DNA of 64,000 nucleotides, taken from the NCBI GenBank assembly GCA_977018835.1, contig OZ361258.1, forward strand, positions 3,658,001 to 3,722,000, given 5' to 3'. Each line of letters begins with the position of its first letter. Positions within the stretch are counted from its first letter, which is position 1. The notes beneath the pieces were generated by a model. The model made no database searches. It saw nothing but the letters and a program-made list of their open reading frames with translations, and was not told where the DNA came from. Both the position numbers and the translations under genes were made by a program. This document shows, piece by piece, positions 22,470 to 34,379 of this stretch. The stretch comes from Minutocellus sp. GHC0000111 (taxonomy: Eukaryota).

Positions 22470-23890
22470 TTAACCGACGTAAAGGCTCCGGTCAATGGTG
22501 GCGGGGATGGGGCGGATCTCGGTACCGAGCTCCTTCTCGACCCGTCGGAGGGAGTCACGATCCTCGTACGTGATGAGGTTGACGGCAAGGCCGAGGTGGC
22601 CGAACCGTCCCGAGCGGCCGATGCGGTGCAGGTAGGTCTCGGAGTTCTTGGGGAAGTCGAAGTTGATAACAACGTTGACGGACTGGATGTCGATACCGCG
22701 GGTGAAGAGGTCCGACGTCACGAGGTGGCGGGTGGCACCGTTGCGGAACTCGTGGAAGACACGGTTGCGGTTGGCCTGCTGCATCTTGGCGTGGATGTAG
22801 TAGCAGGAGTATCCGAGCTCGGTGATCTTCTTGGCCAAGAGCTCGACGCGGTTGACCGAGTTGCAGAAGATGATGGACTGGTTGATCTCGAGCTTGGAGA
22901 AGAGGGTGTTGAGACAGTGGACCTTCTGCCGCTCCTCGACGTAGGCGTAGAACTGGGTGATGCCGCGGAGGGTCAGCTCTTCCATGAGGTTGATCGAGTA
23001 CGGGTTGGGGACGAACTTCTGGCAGAAGGACTTGACCGCCACGGGGAAGGTGGCGGAGAAGAGGCAGATCTGGTGCGTCTTGTCGCAGAGGTTGATGATC
23101 TGCTCGAGGACGGGCTGGAACTCCGGCGATAGGAGCTTGTCGGCCTCGTCCATGATGATGGTCCGGCATTTGGAAAGGTCGGCGACCTTCTTGGAGGCCA
23201 GGTCGAGGATGCGGCCGGGCGTCGCGACGATGATGTGAACGGTATTGTACAGACGCATGATGTCATCCTTGAGGGAGGTACCGCCCGTGGTGACCATGCA
23301 GTGTAGGCCCATGTGCTTGCCAACCTCTTTGACAATGGCCGATGTTTGCAGCGCCAGTTCGCGCGTGGGGATGAGAATGAGGACTGCGGGTCGGTCGATC
23401 ACATGCGACGGGTCGGAGAGATAAAGAATTAGAACAAAGCATATCTTTTGACATGAATAATTGGCGCGGGGGTCCGACATTCCGACAACCCCGGAGCGTC
23501 CGACACAAAATTATGGGCTCCTTTCTTCCACCGACGATACTTACTCTGGATGTGATTCTTGGACGTGTCCGTCTTTTCGAGGCACGGGATGATGTAAGCG
23601 GCGGTCTTGCCCGTGCCGTTCTTGGCCCTGGCCAGGACGTTGCGGTTCTGCAGAATAATGGGGATGGCCTCCTCTTGGATGGGGCTGGGCTTTTCGAATC
23701 CCTTCTCGAAGATGCCCATGAGGAGCTCCCGCTTCAGGAAGAAGTCCTCGAAGTCCCGCCCCTTGGTTTGCGTGACGTCCTCGGTCCTGTAGCGGTTGTC
23801 CTTGGCGGGGGCGACGAGGCCGTCGCGGTACGTTCCGGTACCGGCGACGGTCTCCCCACCCGCTGGTTGTTGTTGTTGAACGGAGGCCAT
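22470..23890 (-). CDS. DDX6: DEAD-box RNA helicase DDX6/Dhh1; intron 23384-23544
   Basis: [37 protein letters not shown] and [12 protein letters not shown] motifs; GT-AG intron restores frame ([13 protein letters not shown]). Confidence 0.97.
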
Positions 23891-24339
23891 CTTGTTTCTT
23901 CCGCAATTTTATTTTCTGTGGTCAGGAATTTTTTGGCTCGCCTGTGGTGTTGGTTTTGCGTTGGTTTTGCTTCTCAAAAGAGTAATGTGTGGCTGAATAA
24001 TATCGCTGCGCTGCTGTCTTCTTTGCCGTTATATAATTGGCTAAAGGATACGGTCGCGGCGTTGCTTCTATCGCTCGCTGGTTGGCGTTACTCGCTTGGA
24101 ATGGCACGTTGGACGCGGAAGCGGCGGCGAGAGAAGCATCGTGCCGACCGACAGCTGGAAGATACGCGGCGGGACTACAAATTCCTACCTGTACGTGAAT
24201 AGACGTACATTTATTTCGGGTGCTAGGGAGTGAAAGTTTGAAGCAATTTTTGGGCTGGGAACAGCATGATGATGAGGCTCTGGGAGAGTTGGGGAACATC
24301 GCATCCCACATGTGGCGAAAGGCACTGGCCGAGTCTGAA

Positions 24340-24700
24340 ACATTTCTAGCTCGAAAGACTACTTGGAATCCCGCTTTCAATCCAAAGCAACACACATTGG
24401 CAAGCCAATGTCAACATCCAATCTCTCCACCACCACCACCAAGCCAAGGCCATGCCACCTACCTGCTGACAGACAGACAGACTCATCACCAGCAACCTTG
24501 CCCGATGGAGAACAGTTGTTGGCACGATGAAGGTTGCACAGGTCGACATGGTCATCAATGAGCATCCAATGACAGTCTGCCTCCGACATGTCGGCAGGTT
24601 GTTTTTTCTCATCCATCAGGCTGGTGCGAGAACTGACACCATTGCGCCGCTGCGCACACATGCGAAAAGTTTCAGAGCTTCATTGATTGGACTGTTGTTG
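24340..24700 (-). mobile_element. Degenerate piggyBac-like (DDE_Tnp_1_7/PGBD) transposase relic
   Basis: WMLIDDHVDLCNLHRANNCSPSGKVAGDESV...WHGLG...DIGLPMCVALD resembles the region around the first catalytic Asp of stramenopile piggyBac-like transposases (recalled consensus, not searched). Contains stops and frameshifts and is TG/CA-rich. Confidence 0.6.
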
Positions 24701-25094
24701 CATGAGAAAACACAATTCAAAACAATCAACCTGTGTTCGAGCACGCGAAAAAGGGCCGCAAATGAGAAGCGATGCCGTGAGAGCCACAGCAGCCCAACCT
24801 GCCCAGCATTGCAGAGACACGCGCCCAAGTCAAGACATGTGTGAAAAGGTGTTTTTGTTTTTGGTTGATTGGTTGTGTTTTTGGTTCGTGTCCGCCCCTC
24901 GATCAGCCGCTGCTGAGAGCAAAATTTCGTCCTCCGGCGTCGTCGTTTTTCTCGCGACACTTTGTCCCCACCAAACACATGTTGTGAATCGAATTTTTGA
25001 GCTGCTCCTTTGATGTCACCAATCTGCAGAGAGGGGGGGTGTCTAGCTAGATGGGGGGTGACAAAAGAGCGCGCGTGGCTGTTGATTCCACAGA

Positions 25095-25185
25095 GATTCT
25101 TGGGGGGGCAAAGGTCGGTCGGCCGGCGATTTTCGCGTTTTCCCATGCTTCGCCGCGTTGAAAACACGGACGACGGAAAGACGAC
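25095..25185 (+). repeat. Dispersed ~90-bp repeat, copy 1 (copy 2 at 43591-43678)
   Basis: Shared core TTTTCCCATGCTTCGCCGCG.TGAAAACACGG...C.GAAAGACGA and upstream ATTCT..GGG..AAAG. Confidence 0.75.
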
Positions 25186-25198
25186 GACGGCAAGGAAA

Positions 25199-25558
25199 AT
25201 GTCTCAAAATGCAGCCGGGGGACCACCACCCAAAGCTGGACCAAGCCGGCTGTCAAGCGGGCTAGCAACTGCTCCTCACACACCCCCAACACAGCGCGAA
25301 GACTTTGGTCCGGTCATGCAGGAGCCGTTCCGGACAATTTTCAAGCACGACCCAGCGATGATTCACAATGACAAATTGACTCAGTTGCGAGACAAGTGGG
25401 AGGAGCAAGGCTTCGTTGATTTGGCAGGCTCGTCGCTGCGCTGCTTCAAACTCCGATCGTCTTTTTATCTTCCTCCCTTCTCGAACCCCCTCCATTTTTC
25501 GAAAATTTTAAATGACCCACTCGACTCAATTCGCCCGGCGCGAGAGGGGAGAGAGTGA
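25199..25558 (+). CDS. Possible small hypothetical protein (structure uncertain, may be spliced)
   Basis: ATG in AAAATG context and protein-like MSQNAAGGPPPKAG...QLRDKWEEQGFVDLA. A pyrimidine tract and TTGCAG acceptor lie near 25581, but there is no canonical donor. Confidence 0.3.
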   Translation: MSQNAAGGPPPKAGPSRLSSGLATAPHTPPTQREDFGPVMQEPFRTIFKHDPAMIHNDKLTQLRDKWEEQGFVDLAGSSLRCFKLRSSFYLPPFSNPLHFSKILNDPLDSIRPAREGRE

Positions 25559-25649
25559 GAAACAGCCAATCTCTCTTGCAGGTGTTCTGGAAGATCTAGT
25601 TGGACACTTTTGTCAGGTCTACAAGCTCCATTGCTCTGTTATTTTACTA

Positions 25650-27236
25650 TCATCTCTTCCTCATCATTTTATGCGGAATTCCTACACCAACAAACAACAA
25701 ATGCGCCGTAACCACGCAAAGCAGAGTTGATATTCCACCCCTCGATGAAAGATTGAAGACCGAGATGCTCAAAACCATCATGCCAAAAGGGACGGGAACG
25801 AATGCCGACACTACCGCAACTAAACTCGGCGCCATGCACGATCCCCAAGACCAGCCGACTTCATTTACAAATACCCGTCCAAGAAGGCTCCCCATTAGCA
25901 AGAGGGGATAAAGCAATCCACCGACAAATCCAGTTTCATTTGATATCCAATACGTGAGCATTTTTACAAATAGTGACGCAATGAGAACGGATGCGCTAAT
26001 GTTTCCACCTTTGACAACGGCTGTGCCAATTTGATAGCTACCGTCGCCCACAGTGAGAGGAAAGATATACCCAAGAACGCCATACAATAATCCTCCAACT
26101 GTTGCAAGAATCAATATTCTCTTCTCCTTTCCAATTTTTTCGTCGAGATAAATCTTGGCCTTGCCGGTCAAGCCTTTGGTAATTCCAGCAGTGATGAAGT
26201 ATGCCAGCGCAAGTGCTGCTCCCATCACTCCAAAGAACATGCCAATGAATACATCCGTTGTTGAATATAAATGCAAGAATCCTGGCAGCAGAGTCTGTGT
26301 TGGTAGATATGTGTTGTCGTAAAAATAATCAAACACCAAGAATGATACCGTTCCCGCGATCGTCAGCTGCGACACCGTCCTGACGTATGGCAAACCATGC
26401 TGCCTTGTCAAAGCCTCGAATCCCGGTAGCTCGAGGCATAGCAGTATTGCGGAAGCCGGCGTTGGCAATATTGTTGAGAAGGCCGCAACCATACCCGCGA
26501 GGATGATGAGTTTCGTCCGCCTACTTTCAACTTCATCTTGGCTGGGGCCGTCATCATCTGTGGGACTTGCTGCTTCTGCTTTATTTCTTGATCCGAATGT
26601 ACTGCCCGCGACCCTGCAGGCTTTATTCACAACGACGGCCCAAACTTTACTCATACCTCCACAGGCACTGCCCAATCCACTCTCCGGACCGACACTGGCC
26701 CCGCCCATCAAACTGACCAAACATGTTGTGGCTACCTTGACACTTTCTATCGGATCGGATTCCAACGTTAATAAATCATCGACAAACCCATTGTAATCGT
26801 CGAATTTGAAGACATATCCCTTGAGTACACCAACGAGGACTCCCGTCAACGCACCGATGCCAATCCATGCTGGATTGCCGGCAAGGAATGTGGTTGTCGC
26901 CGGATCGTCGGGGTAGGCATCGTTGCCCTGCATCGATAGCCATAATTTCGGCACCTCAAATACGACGTTGAGATATCCCAACGAAAATAATGACAATGCA
27001 GCCGATTGGATTATGATGAGTATTGTTTCTACGAGGTATGTGAACGGTGGCGTCGGTGACGCGTACGGTTGTCCCAGCAGAGTTTCCATCGCAGTTGGAG
27101 GCGGCGGGGCTACCGCCGCTGATGATGCTTGTTTTGCATCAGGCTCGGCAGCATCGTGTTGGGCGTGGGTGACTGCTTCCAATTCCTCCTCGGCATTCCC
27201 TTCTATATCGCTTGTTGCGTCAGCTGTTGCCGTCAT
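25650..27236 (-). CDS. CLC-family chloride channel/antiporter, short form without CBS domains
   Basis: GGASVGPESG (GxSxGxEG-like), GFVGGLLYP (GGxFxP-like) and many TM helices. Confidence 0.85.
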   Translation of the reverse strand: MTATADATSDIEGNAEEELEAVTHAQHDAAEPDAKQASSAAVAPPPPTAMETLLGQPYASPTPPFTYLVETILIIIQSAALSLFSLGYLNVVFEVPKLWLSMQGNDAYPDDPATTTFLAGNPAWIGIGALTGVLVGVLKGYVFKFDDYNGFVDDLLTLESDPIESVKVATTCLVSLMGGASVGPESGLGSACGGMSKVWAVVVNKACRVAGSTFGSRNKAEAASPTDDDGPSQDEVESRRTKLIILAGMVAAFSTILPTPASAILLCLELPGFEALTRQHGLPYVRTVSQLTIAGTVSFLVFDYFYDNTYLPTQTLLPGFLHLYSTTDVFIGMFFGVMGAALALAYFITAGITKGLTGKAKIYLDEKIGKEKRILILATVGGLLYGVLGYIFPLTVGDGSYQIGTAVVKGGNISASVLIASLFVKMLTYWISNETGFVGGLLYPLLLMGSLLGRVFVNEVGWSWGSCMAPSLVAVVSAFVPVPFGMMVLSISVFNLSSRGGISTLLCVVTAHLLFVGVGIPHKMMRKR

Positions 27237-27485
27237 GTTGTTGTAGTATCGATGACGTGATTCAACTCAATGGCCCAGCCATGCTGGCATCAAATTATTC
27301 CTTGGGTTGTCTTCGCCTGCTTGCGCGCGCGCGCGCGGCCGCCCCTTTTGCCTTTTGTTGCTTCAGCGCTCCCGTTATCCGGGTTCCCCCAAAATTCAAA
27401 CAGCAGCCATGCTCATTCTTCCGCCCTCGGCTCCGACCTTGAGGCAACCGTTTGCGTTCCTTTCTTCCCCGGCCAAACCGCAACC

Positions 27486-30337
27486 ATGAACTACGACGAC
27501 GAGCACGACGACGACGAATGCTTCGCCGACACGCAGGAGGTGAGTTTCCTGGTGGTATCTGGAAAAAGCAGCACGTCATGTGCATTTTTGGAATGAATCT
27601 CCATCGGCGGCAAAGCAAAAATTTTCGCATTGGCACGTGCAGACCAAACCGATCGGATGGAAGTGCAGTGCGATCGTTTGGCATGCAGAACTTTGTTATG
27701 GATGCAATTTACAAACTGCGCATTTAACATTGCACATATAACATCTTTTGGGAATATACCGGTATCTAACTTTATTTTCTCTTCAATTCACATTCCAATT
27801 TTCCACCGATCGACCCGCCCACCCGCCCCGCCCTCCCTCGACCATCCCCAAAAACAACAGACCATGACGCAGAACGAGCTGACCCAAATGGCCGACTCTC
27901 TCGACGACAGCGCTTCGTTTCTATCCCCGTCGATCGGAAGCAAATCACGTCAGCGCGAAGAAAGTCCTCCGAGGATCAATCTCCGAAATGTTCCCTGGGC
28001 CCGTCTCATCCCGTGCAGCGAGTTGGGCAACGCCTGTGTTAGGATTGGTGCCGTGGCAGCCGCTGGTTTGCAGGGTGCGGCTGGCGGTGGTGACAATAGC
28101 GGCGTAAATAGTGGTAATAGTCCAGCAGGTCCAAATGTAGACGGCGGGTATTGCAGGAATGATGCCACGGGATTGACGCTGTATCCGCGCGATCCTCTAA
28201 CCGCACCAGCAGCAGCACATCAACCAGATTCCAACATCACCCCGACCAAGCGCAACCCACCCGGTCGGACCTTTTTGGGTCTGCACAATCTGCAACCCTC
28301 GGACAGATTCAACGAATTCACCATGGGTCGGAGCATGAAGTGCGACCTGATCGCCAAGGTCCAACCGAAGGAGTTGCCCGATGGGTATGAAGTGAATTCC
28401 GAAGCAGATCGACACCGTGCGGCAGCCGCCAAGAAGCGCGATCGAAACTCGGATTGGGTCCATTCCACCATCTCCAACAAGCATTGCAAGATCTTCTGTC
28501 ACTTAAAGTCCAATGGAAAGGGTGGCGGCGGTGGCAACATGGGTGGCGGTGGCGGAGCTGGCCGCGGACACTTTGCCGGCATTGCCAATCAGGGCGAAGA
28601 GATGGAGGTGTACATTGAGGATACGTCCGGGAATGGCACGGCGATTAACAACACCACGGTCCTGCGGAGGGGGGAACGGCGGGTGTTGCACACGGGCGAT
28701 GAGATTTGTCTGATCAATCCCGATACCATGCGGAAGCAGTCCAATGCCATCGGTGCCGAGGAGCAAAGCCGGCTGGTCAAGCATTACAGCTATATATTTG
28801 TCAATCTCTACCAGCAGAGGGGGCAGCATACCCTGGCGCTTGGTGGGGAGTTTGGTGTGCGAGGTACCGTCCAGGCCAGCGGTGGCGGTGGTAGCAATCG
28901 TCGGGCGGTTTATAATAGCGGTGGCAAATTTCCACAGCAGCAACCGCAGCAGCCACCACGACCCCGTCTGGTCCAGGACCACTACGACGTTCGTGACCAT
29001 CTCGGCTCGGGAACATGCGGCGAGGTCCGACGGGCCATTCATCGTCGCACTGGTCGTGAGACATGTCTATCGGGGTCATCCTCTACATCCTCCTGTCTGG
29101 AACGCCGCCATTCGATACGAGCGGGTCGATTGACAATGTGTTCGATGCGAGAATCTCATTTGACGACGATCGTGGTTGGTACGGTGTGTCCGATGAGGCC
29201 AAGGACCTTGTCCATCGTCTTTTGGTGAACAATCCCGTCCAGCGTCTATCTGTGTCCGATGCCTGCAATCATACGTGGATTCTTCAGGAGGATGGCGATA
29301 CGCATTGCTACCCGCTCGATGATCCTGCCTTGAAGGGGGTTGAACGTCCGAAGCCCAAGCCAGCGCCGGCGGCGGCATCTAACCTGGGCCTTCGCAATAC
29401 CACCGCATCGGGCACCAAGCACTCTGAAGTCCGACAAAGCCGCCTGCAATTCAGCCAAAGCAGTACGTCAAGTTCATCAAATCGAACCCCGCCCCAATCA
29501 AACACCACACAAAAATCTTCCAAGGCTTCGTCCCAGCAGCAGACGCCGGCCCGTCGAATGAAGCAAGAGCGACTCAAGCCCATTCCCATCCTCAAGAGTG
29601 CTACCAAGGCCAAGAGGCCAAAGAAGAAGCAGGCCGCTTTGTCGATTATCGAAGAAGAATCCGCTCGACCATCACCACGAAGCATTACCGGAGCCAACTC
29701 CAGTGCCGACGAATCAAGTGCAATCGATACAACTACATCTTCCAAGACAACACGTCCAACAAGTGAGCTTCCCGACGATGAAATCCTGTCCGACTTTAGC
29801 GACGAGGAGGACGGCGCCGAAGCAATAAGCAAGAACAATACTTCGATGAAACCCAATACAAATGCCGATCCAATCAAGAGTAGTACCGCCCCAGGCCCTA
29901 CAAACAACCAGAACGAGAAGGAAACTTCCACCTCCAAGACCAAATCTAGCCAAAAGCTCGTTCAAAAGACACTTGATGGGAAGACCGCTCCTTCTCTTGC
30001 GCATAGTGATGCCGGTCTTGCTCGTTCCGGGTCCACCAATAGTACCGCCAGTACAAGCTCTGCACCTGGAAAAAGGAAACGTTGGAACGATACCGCCGAT
30101 CCAAATACACCGTCTACGTCAACCGATGCCCCCTTAAGCGAAGGATCAAAGAAGATCCAGCGAACCCTCTTTGGCAAGGTCGCATCGCCACAACCAGCGT
30201 TGGAAGTGACTGATAACGCTGATACTACAGATGATGAGAAGGTTGGTGGCAATAGCAGCGCGGACAATACACCCGAAGGAGGAAACGGTGCAAAGAAGCA
30301 AAAGACTCTCGCGAGTTGGTTCAATAAGGGAAAGTGA
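27486..30337 (+). pseudogene. Chk2/Rad53-like SQ/TQ-FHA-kinase with kinase subdomains II-VIII missing; intron 27540-27860
   Basis: N-terminal TQ cluster; FHA motifs (FTMGRSMKCD, ISNKHCKI, IEDTSGNGT, LHTGDEI). The Gly-loop LGSGTCGEVRRAIHRRTGRE is joined out of frame at about 29060 to DMSIGVILYILLSGTPPF (subdomain IX). Confidence 0.8.
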
Positions 30338-30592
30338 TTTCATAGGCCCTTCTTACTCTCAGCAGCCTTCCCTTAACACTAATCTAAATCGCAAGAAGTC
30401 GCAAGAGCTTTTTCATGTACACAACGCCATTTTACTTTTATTCTTCTAAATGCTACAAATAGTATTGAATCATCGAAGCCATCAAAGCAAAGCAAACGAA
30501 AAGGAAAGTGCATGCTAATTTTTCATCATCGGCCAAGAAGAAGGAGCCCCCATACGCTCCACAAAGCCATAGCACAGGGACCGACCGGCGCT

Positions 30593-33500
30593 TTAGGCGA
30601 GGTAGTTGTACTGGTTGGTATTGTCCTTGGCGCGTTCGAGGTACTCTCGGTCGATGAGAGCCTCGATTCTCTTTTTGATTGCACGGGGGTTGGGCTTGAA
30701 AAAGGCCAGCTGAGAGAGGACCTCGGCGATGAGCTGCTGGTGCTGGAGGGTCTTGCGAGCCTTCATGATACGGACGATGGCAGCCTCGATGGCGATGGTA
30801 CGGTCCTCCTCGACGCGCTTGGTGTTGTGGGAGGCATCGAGGGAGGCCATAGGGATACGGAGCTTGCGCATGTTGCTGCTGAACTTGGCGTTGGCCTTGA
30901 AGCTGTCGGTGGTGTTGATCTTGTTGCTGGCCGGAGTCTTGGTGATGACCTTGTACTTGCCGCACGAGAGGGAGTGCATGAGAGGCTTGAGGACGCTCTC
31001 CTCGAGGTTGAGCTTCTCGGCGAGCTCGGTGAAGGTGAGGGACTTGCCGCCGCCGAGGGCGTTGAGGGCGACGGCCTGGAGGGTAGTCACCTGCATGTCG
31101 TAGGACTTCTTGCCGAAGGTACCACGGACGTTGGCATTTCCGAGGGAGTGGATCCACGAAAGCTTGCGCTTGGCGTGCTTGTTGTCATGCCACTCCTTGA
31201 AGATGCCCATGCAAGTGGACATATTCTCGGGAAGAACGACCTCGGGGCTCTTGTAGGTGGGCCAGAAACCGGTGGTGAGGACCTGGACGGAGAAGTCGAG
31301 CTTGGTGTTGCTCTGCTCGAGCTTGGCGTCGAACTCGGTCTTCTGGTCGCTGCCGATGGCCAGATCGGCCAGCATACCCTCCATCTTCGATGTGAAGTGG
31401 GTACCGCACTGCATCTTGAGCTTCGAGATCATGGTCTTCTCGGCATCGTCGCTGGCCGATCGCTGGTTGAGCAGGCGCTTTGCAAGCTGGTTGCGGTAGA
31501 TCTCGGCGAACAGATCCTTATCGGTCAGATACGAGAAAAGCTGGACGATGCGTTCCAAGTTCTGCTCGACCTCCTGCTCGGACAGCTTCTCACCGCCGCT
31601 CTTGAGAACGCGATCACAGAAGGTGGACATGAGCTCGGCGTTGGTGAACTGGCCAACATTCTTGTTGACAATCTCCTGGAAGGCATCCTTGAGGGCCTTC
31701 TGGAACAGGGAATGGCCGGAGAACTCCGACTTGATGACGCCGAGGTACTTCTCGTGAAGCTCGATGAGAGCCTTGACAAACTTGGGATCGTCATTCTTGT
31801 CCTTCTCAGTTTCCAATCGAGCCTTGCGCTTGTCGATGATCTCATTGCCCATCGAGGTGATGAACTTCTCCACCATATCGGCCAGTGGGGGCAGACCCTT
31901 CTCCAGTCGGGAGAAGAGGTTGAACATCCGCCGGAGGTCCTCGAACTTGTCATTGGCCAGCAGGACGCGGCATCCTGACCCCTCCTTCTCCAGAAGCTGC
32001 ATCTGAACCTTCTCGAGAAGCTCCTCCTCCAGGACGCGCTGGATCTTGGTCTCGGACGCGCTGTTGAGGTAGTCGGCGACGCGGGTCTTCTCGTCTCCGA
32101 GGGCCTTCTCGGTCTTGATGAGGTAATCGGGGGTCGAGTCCTGAACGATCCACTCGTCGCGCTTCTTCACATAGTACTCCCGGGTGGAATTGAGCAGCGG
32201 CACCTCGAGGTCGACCGTGTAGGCGTCGAGGCTGCTCATGCCCATGGCCTCGTACAGCTCGACGATGGACTTGACGAGGGTCTTGTCGATGATTTCCCCC
32301 TCGCGTTCGTCGTCGATCAGCTTGAGGATGGCCTTGGTGGTTTCCGGCTTCATCTCGTCGTAAATTTGCGTCTTGAAATGCTTGAGTCCGGCCTGGTTGA
32401 GGGTGGGGAGGCTGTGATGCTTGACGTAGTACCGGTCGAGGTAGGTGAAGAATTTCTTGAGCCACTTGTTCATGATCTGGTGGTTGGACCAGCGGTACTG
32501 CAGCTCGGTGAGGAGGATGGTCCCGCCCTGGCCGACCTTGTCCTGCAGGGCCGGACGGACGGTCTTGACCAGGTAGTTCTCGATGGTTTCCCCGTGACGT
32601 TGGTAGAGATCTCTTGACCAGTTGTACGGAGAGCGCTGGGTGCACATGTCGTAGCAGGTGCTGTTGTAAGTGGGAGGAAAATTGGGGGGTGCAAGGAGAT
32701 GAGCATGAGTCGGCCGTTTAGAAGATATACATCAACGCCATCATTCGGACCCCGAAAATAATACACAAATCAAGGGCATAAAATACAACTTTTCCCAGAA
32801 GATAATAAACTCACGTGTAGATCTGCACATACTCCTTGGCGGCGAACATGTTCTGCTTGCCCTCCTGAAGACCATTGTCGAGCATGTCCTCAAGGACGTC
32901 GATCGCCTTTTGGTGTGGCACATCATCAATCATATATGGATGTTCAAGGAAATGAGGACGCGGTTGGAATGTATGTTAGACCGAAATGAATGAAATGGAA
33001 AGAAGAATGCAGGTGGTTGCGAGTGATGCGCAAGGAGCTGCTCGAAAGTACCGACTGCCGGGGGTACGTAGCTTCACCGTACGGGCAGGGTTGTGAGATT
33101 GCCTCGCCGATCCGCGCTTTGGGATTGATCGGTATGCCGCCCGAGCGCTTGGGCGGGCACACGGCGCTCGATGAATCATATTCCAATCTCAACCTCCTTC
33201 CCTCGCTCAGCCGATACCACCACAAGCTGAAGCACCGACACCGATACCGATCGGCCCGCCGCCATCCGATTGTCCCGATTGCGACGCTGCATGCAGCCAA
33301 AGGCAACATTTGATCATCTTTGGGCTGGCGGTCCCCGATCTTGAACAGGCCCTGGCTCGGGAGGGCCAAGGCGTCAGAGTAGTCCGACGATGTACTTATC
33401 AGGCTCGGCCAGCGCTGCGTGATCCACCCATCACACCGCCCGGACGGTTCTGCTTAGATGGATATTCCACGGAACTGCGCTGCCTGCATCGGAACATCCT

Positions 33501-33868
33501 CGTCCCCGCTCAGCAGGGGCATCGATCGTTCGGCCTTGATTTTGGATGCAGAGGCGCGCACGCGTGCGGTCTTGGTCGGGAGCGGCCGGTAAGCCTTCAA
33601 CCACCCAAATGGATCGGCGGCCGTCCTAAAATCAATACACACGAAGCCAATAAGCACGGCGCGAAGGGCAAGACCGCCGCAGCTGCAGCAACCGCCGACC
33701 CCCCGGCGTTTCCCGCCATCTTCTCGTGGCTGCGGGACCAAAACCCTCGGCTGGGCCTGCCGACCCTCCTCAATTATATAATGGAACGTTTCGACTCACC
33801 TTCTTCTTTATCTCCTCGTTCCAACCCTCCTCGAGGGTGATGATCTTGGGGGTGGACGCGGTCGCCAT
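30593..33868 (-). CDS. CUL1: Cullin-1; exons 33868-33800, 32906-32815, 32660-30593
   Basis: ITLEEGW, YDMCTQRSPYNWS, FTYLDRYYV, DKDLFAEIYRNQLAKRLL, neddylation site AAIVRIMKARK and C-terminal IDREYLER...YNYLA; GT-AG introns in frame. Confidence 0.96.
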
Positions 33869-34379
33869 GATTTCTGCTTGCGATTTGGGGATTGGATTAG
33901 CCTGGCTGGTCGCGTCTTCCGATACGCAAGTCAAGCGGATGGAAAATGGAAAATGAGCTGGATGCGTCGATTGATTCGAATGAGTCAAAATTGGGAGAAA
34001 CCCGAAGTTCGATGTTGGCGTCCCCGCATCTTCCACATCAATATCAGCCAAGCGCCCCGTTAGTTTGCAAGTTGGCGAGCGAGTTGGCGGCGGCGGCGGC
34101 GCAGAGCAAATCAAGAAGGCGTCAACAAGATGCTCTGCCTGCAATACCGCAGATTGCCTCATTATTATTGAAGAGCTAATCGATCCATCACCTTTTCGAC
34201 TTCTACTGCAAACCTCTGCACATTGTCTGGTGTACATCATCCCTCAATACCATTTATTTACGTGTCTTCTCGTGCGCTACAAATCGTTCGAGCGAGACGA
34301 TCCAATATTTGAGAACTCTAGCTAGAGCTGACCGCGCGCTGAAATTGCATGAAAGTGCAACAGCCCTGATAGAATCACC

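Noticed and set aside
16623..27236. FEX plus CLC as a fluoride-resistance cluster
   Set aside because: They are separated by unrelated genes, and the CLC lacks CLC-F signatures (GNNLI, GREGT)
30512..31978. Long antisense ORFs over CUL1, and similar ones over DXS (11799-12884), DDX6 (22461-23132) and the TPR gene (45090-47621)
   Set aside because: Explained by strong GC3 codon bias on the coding strand; no protein-like motifs
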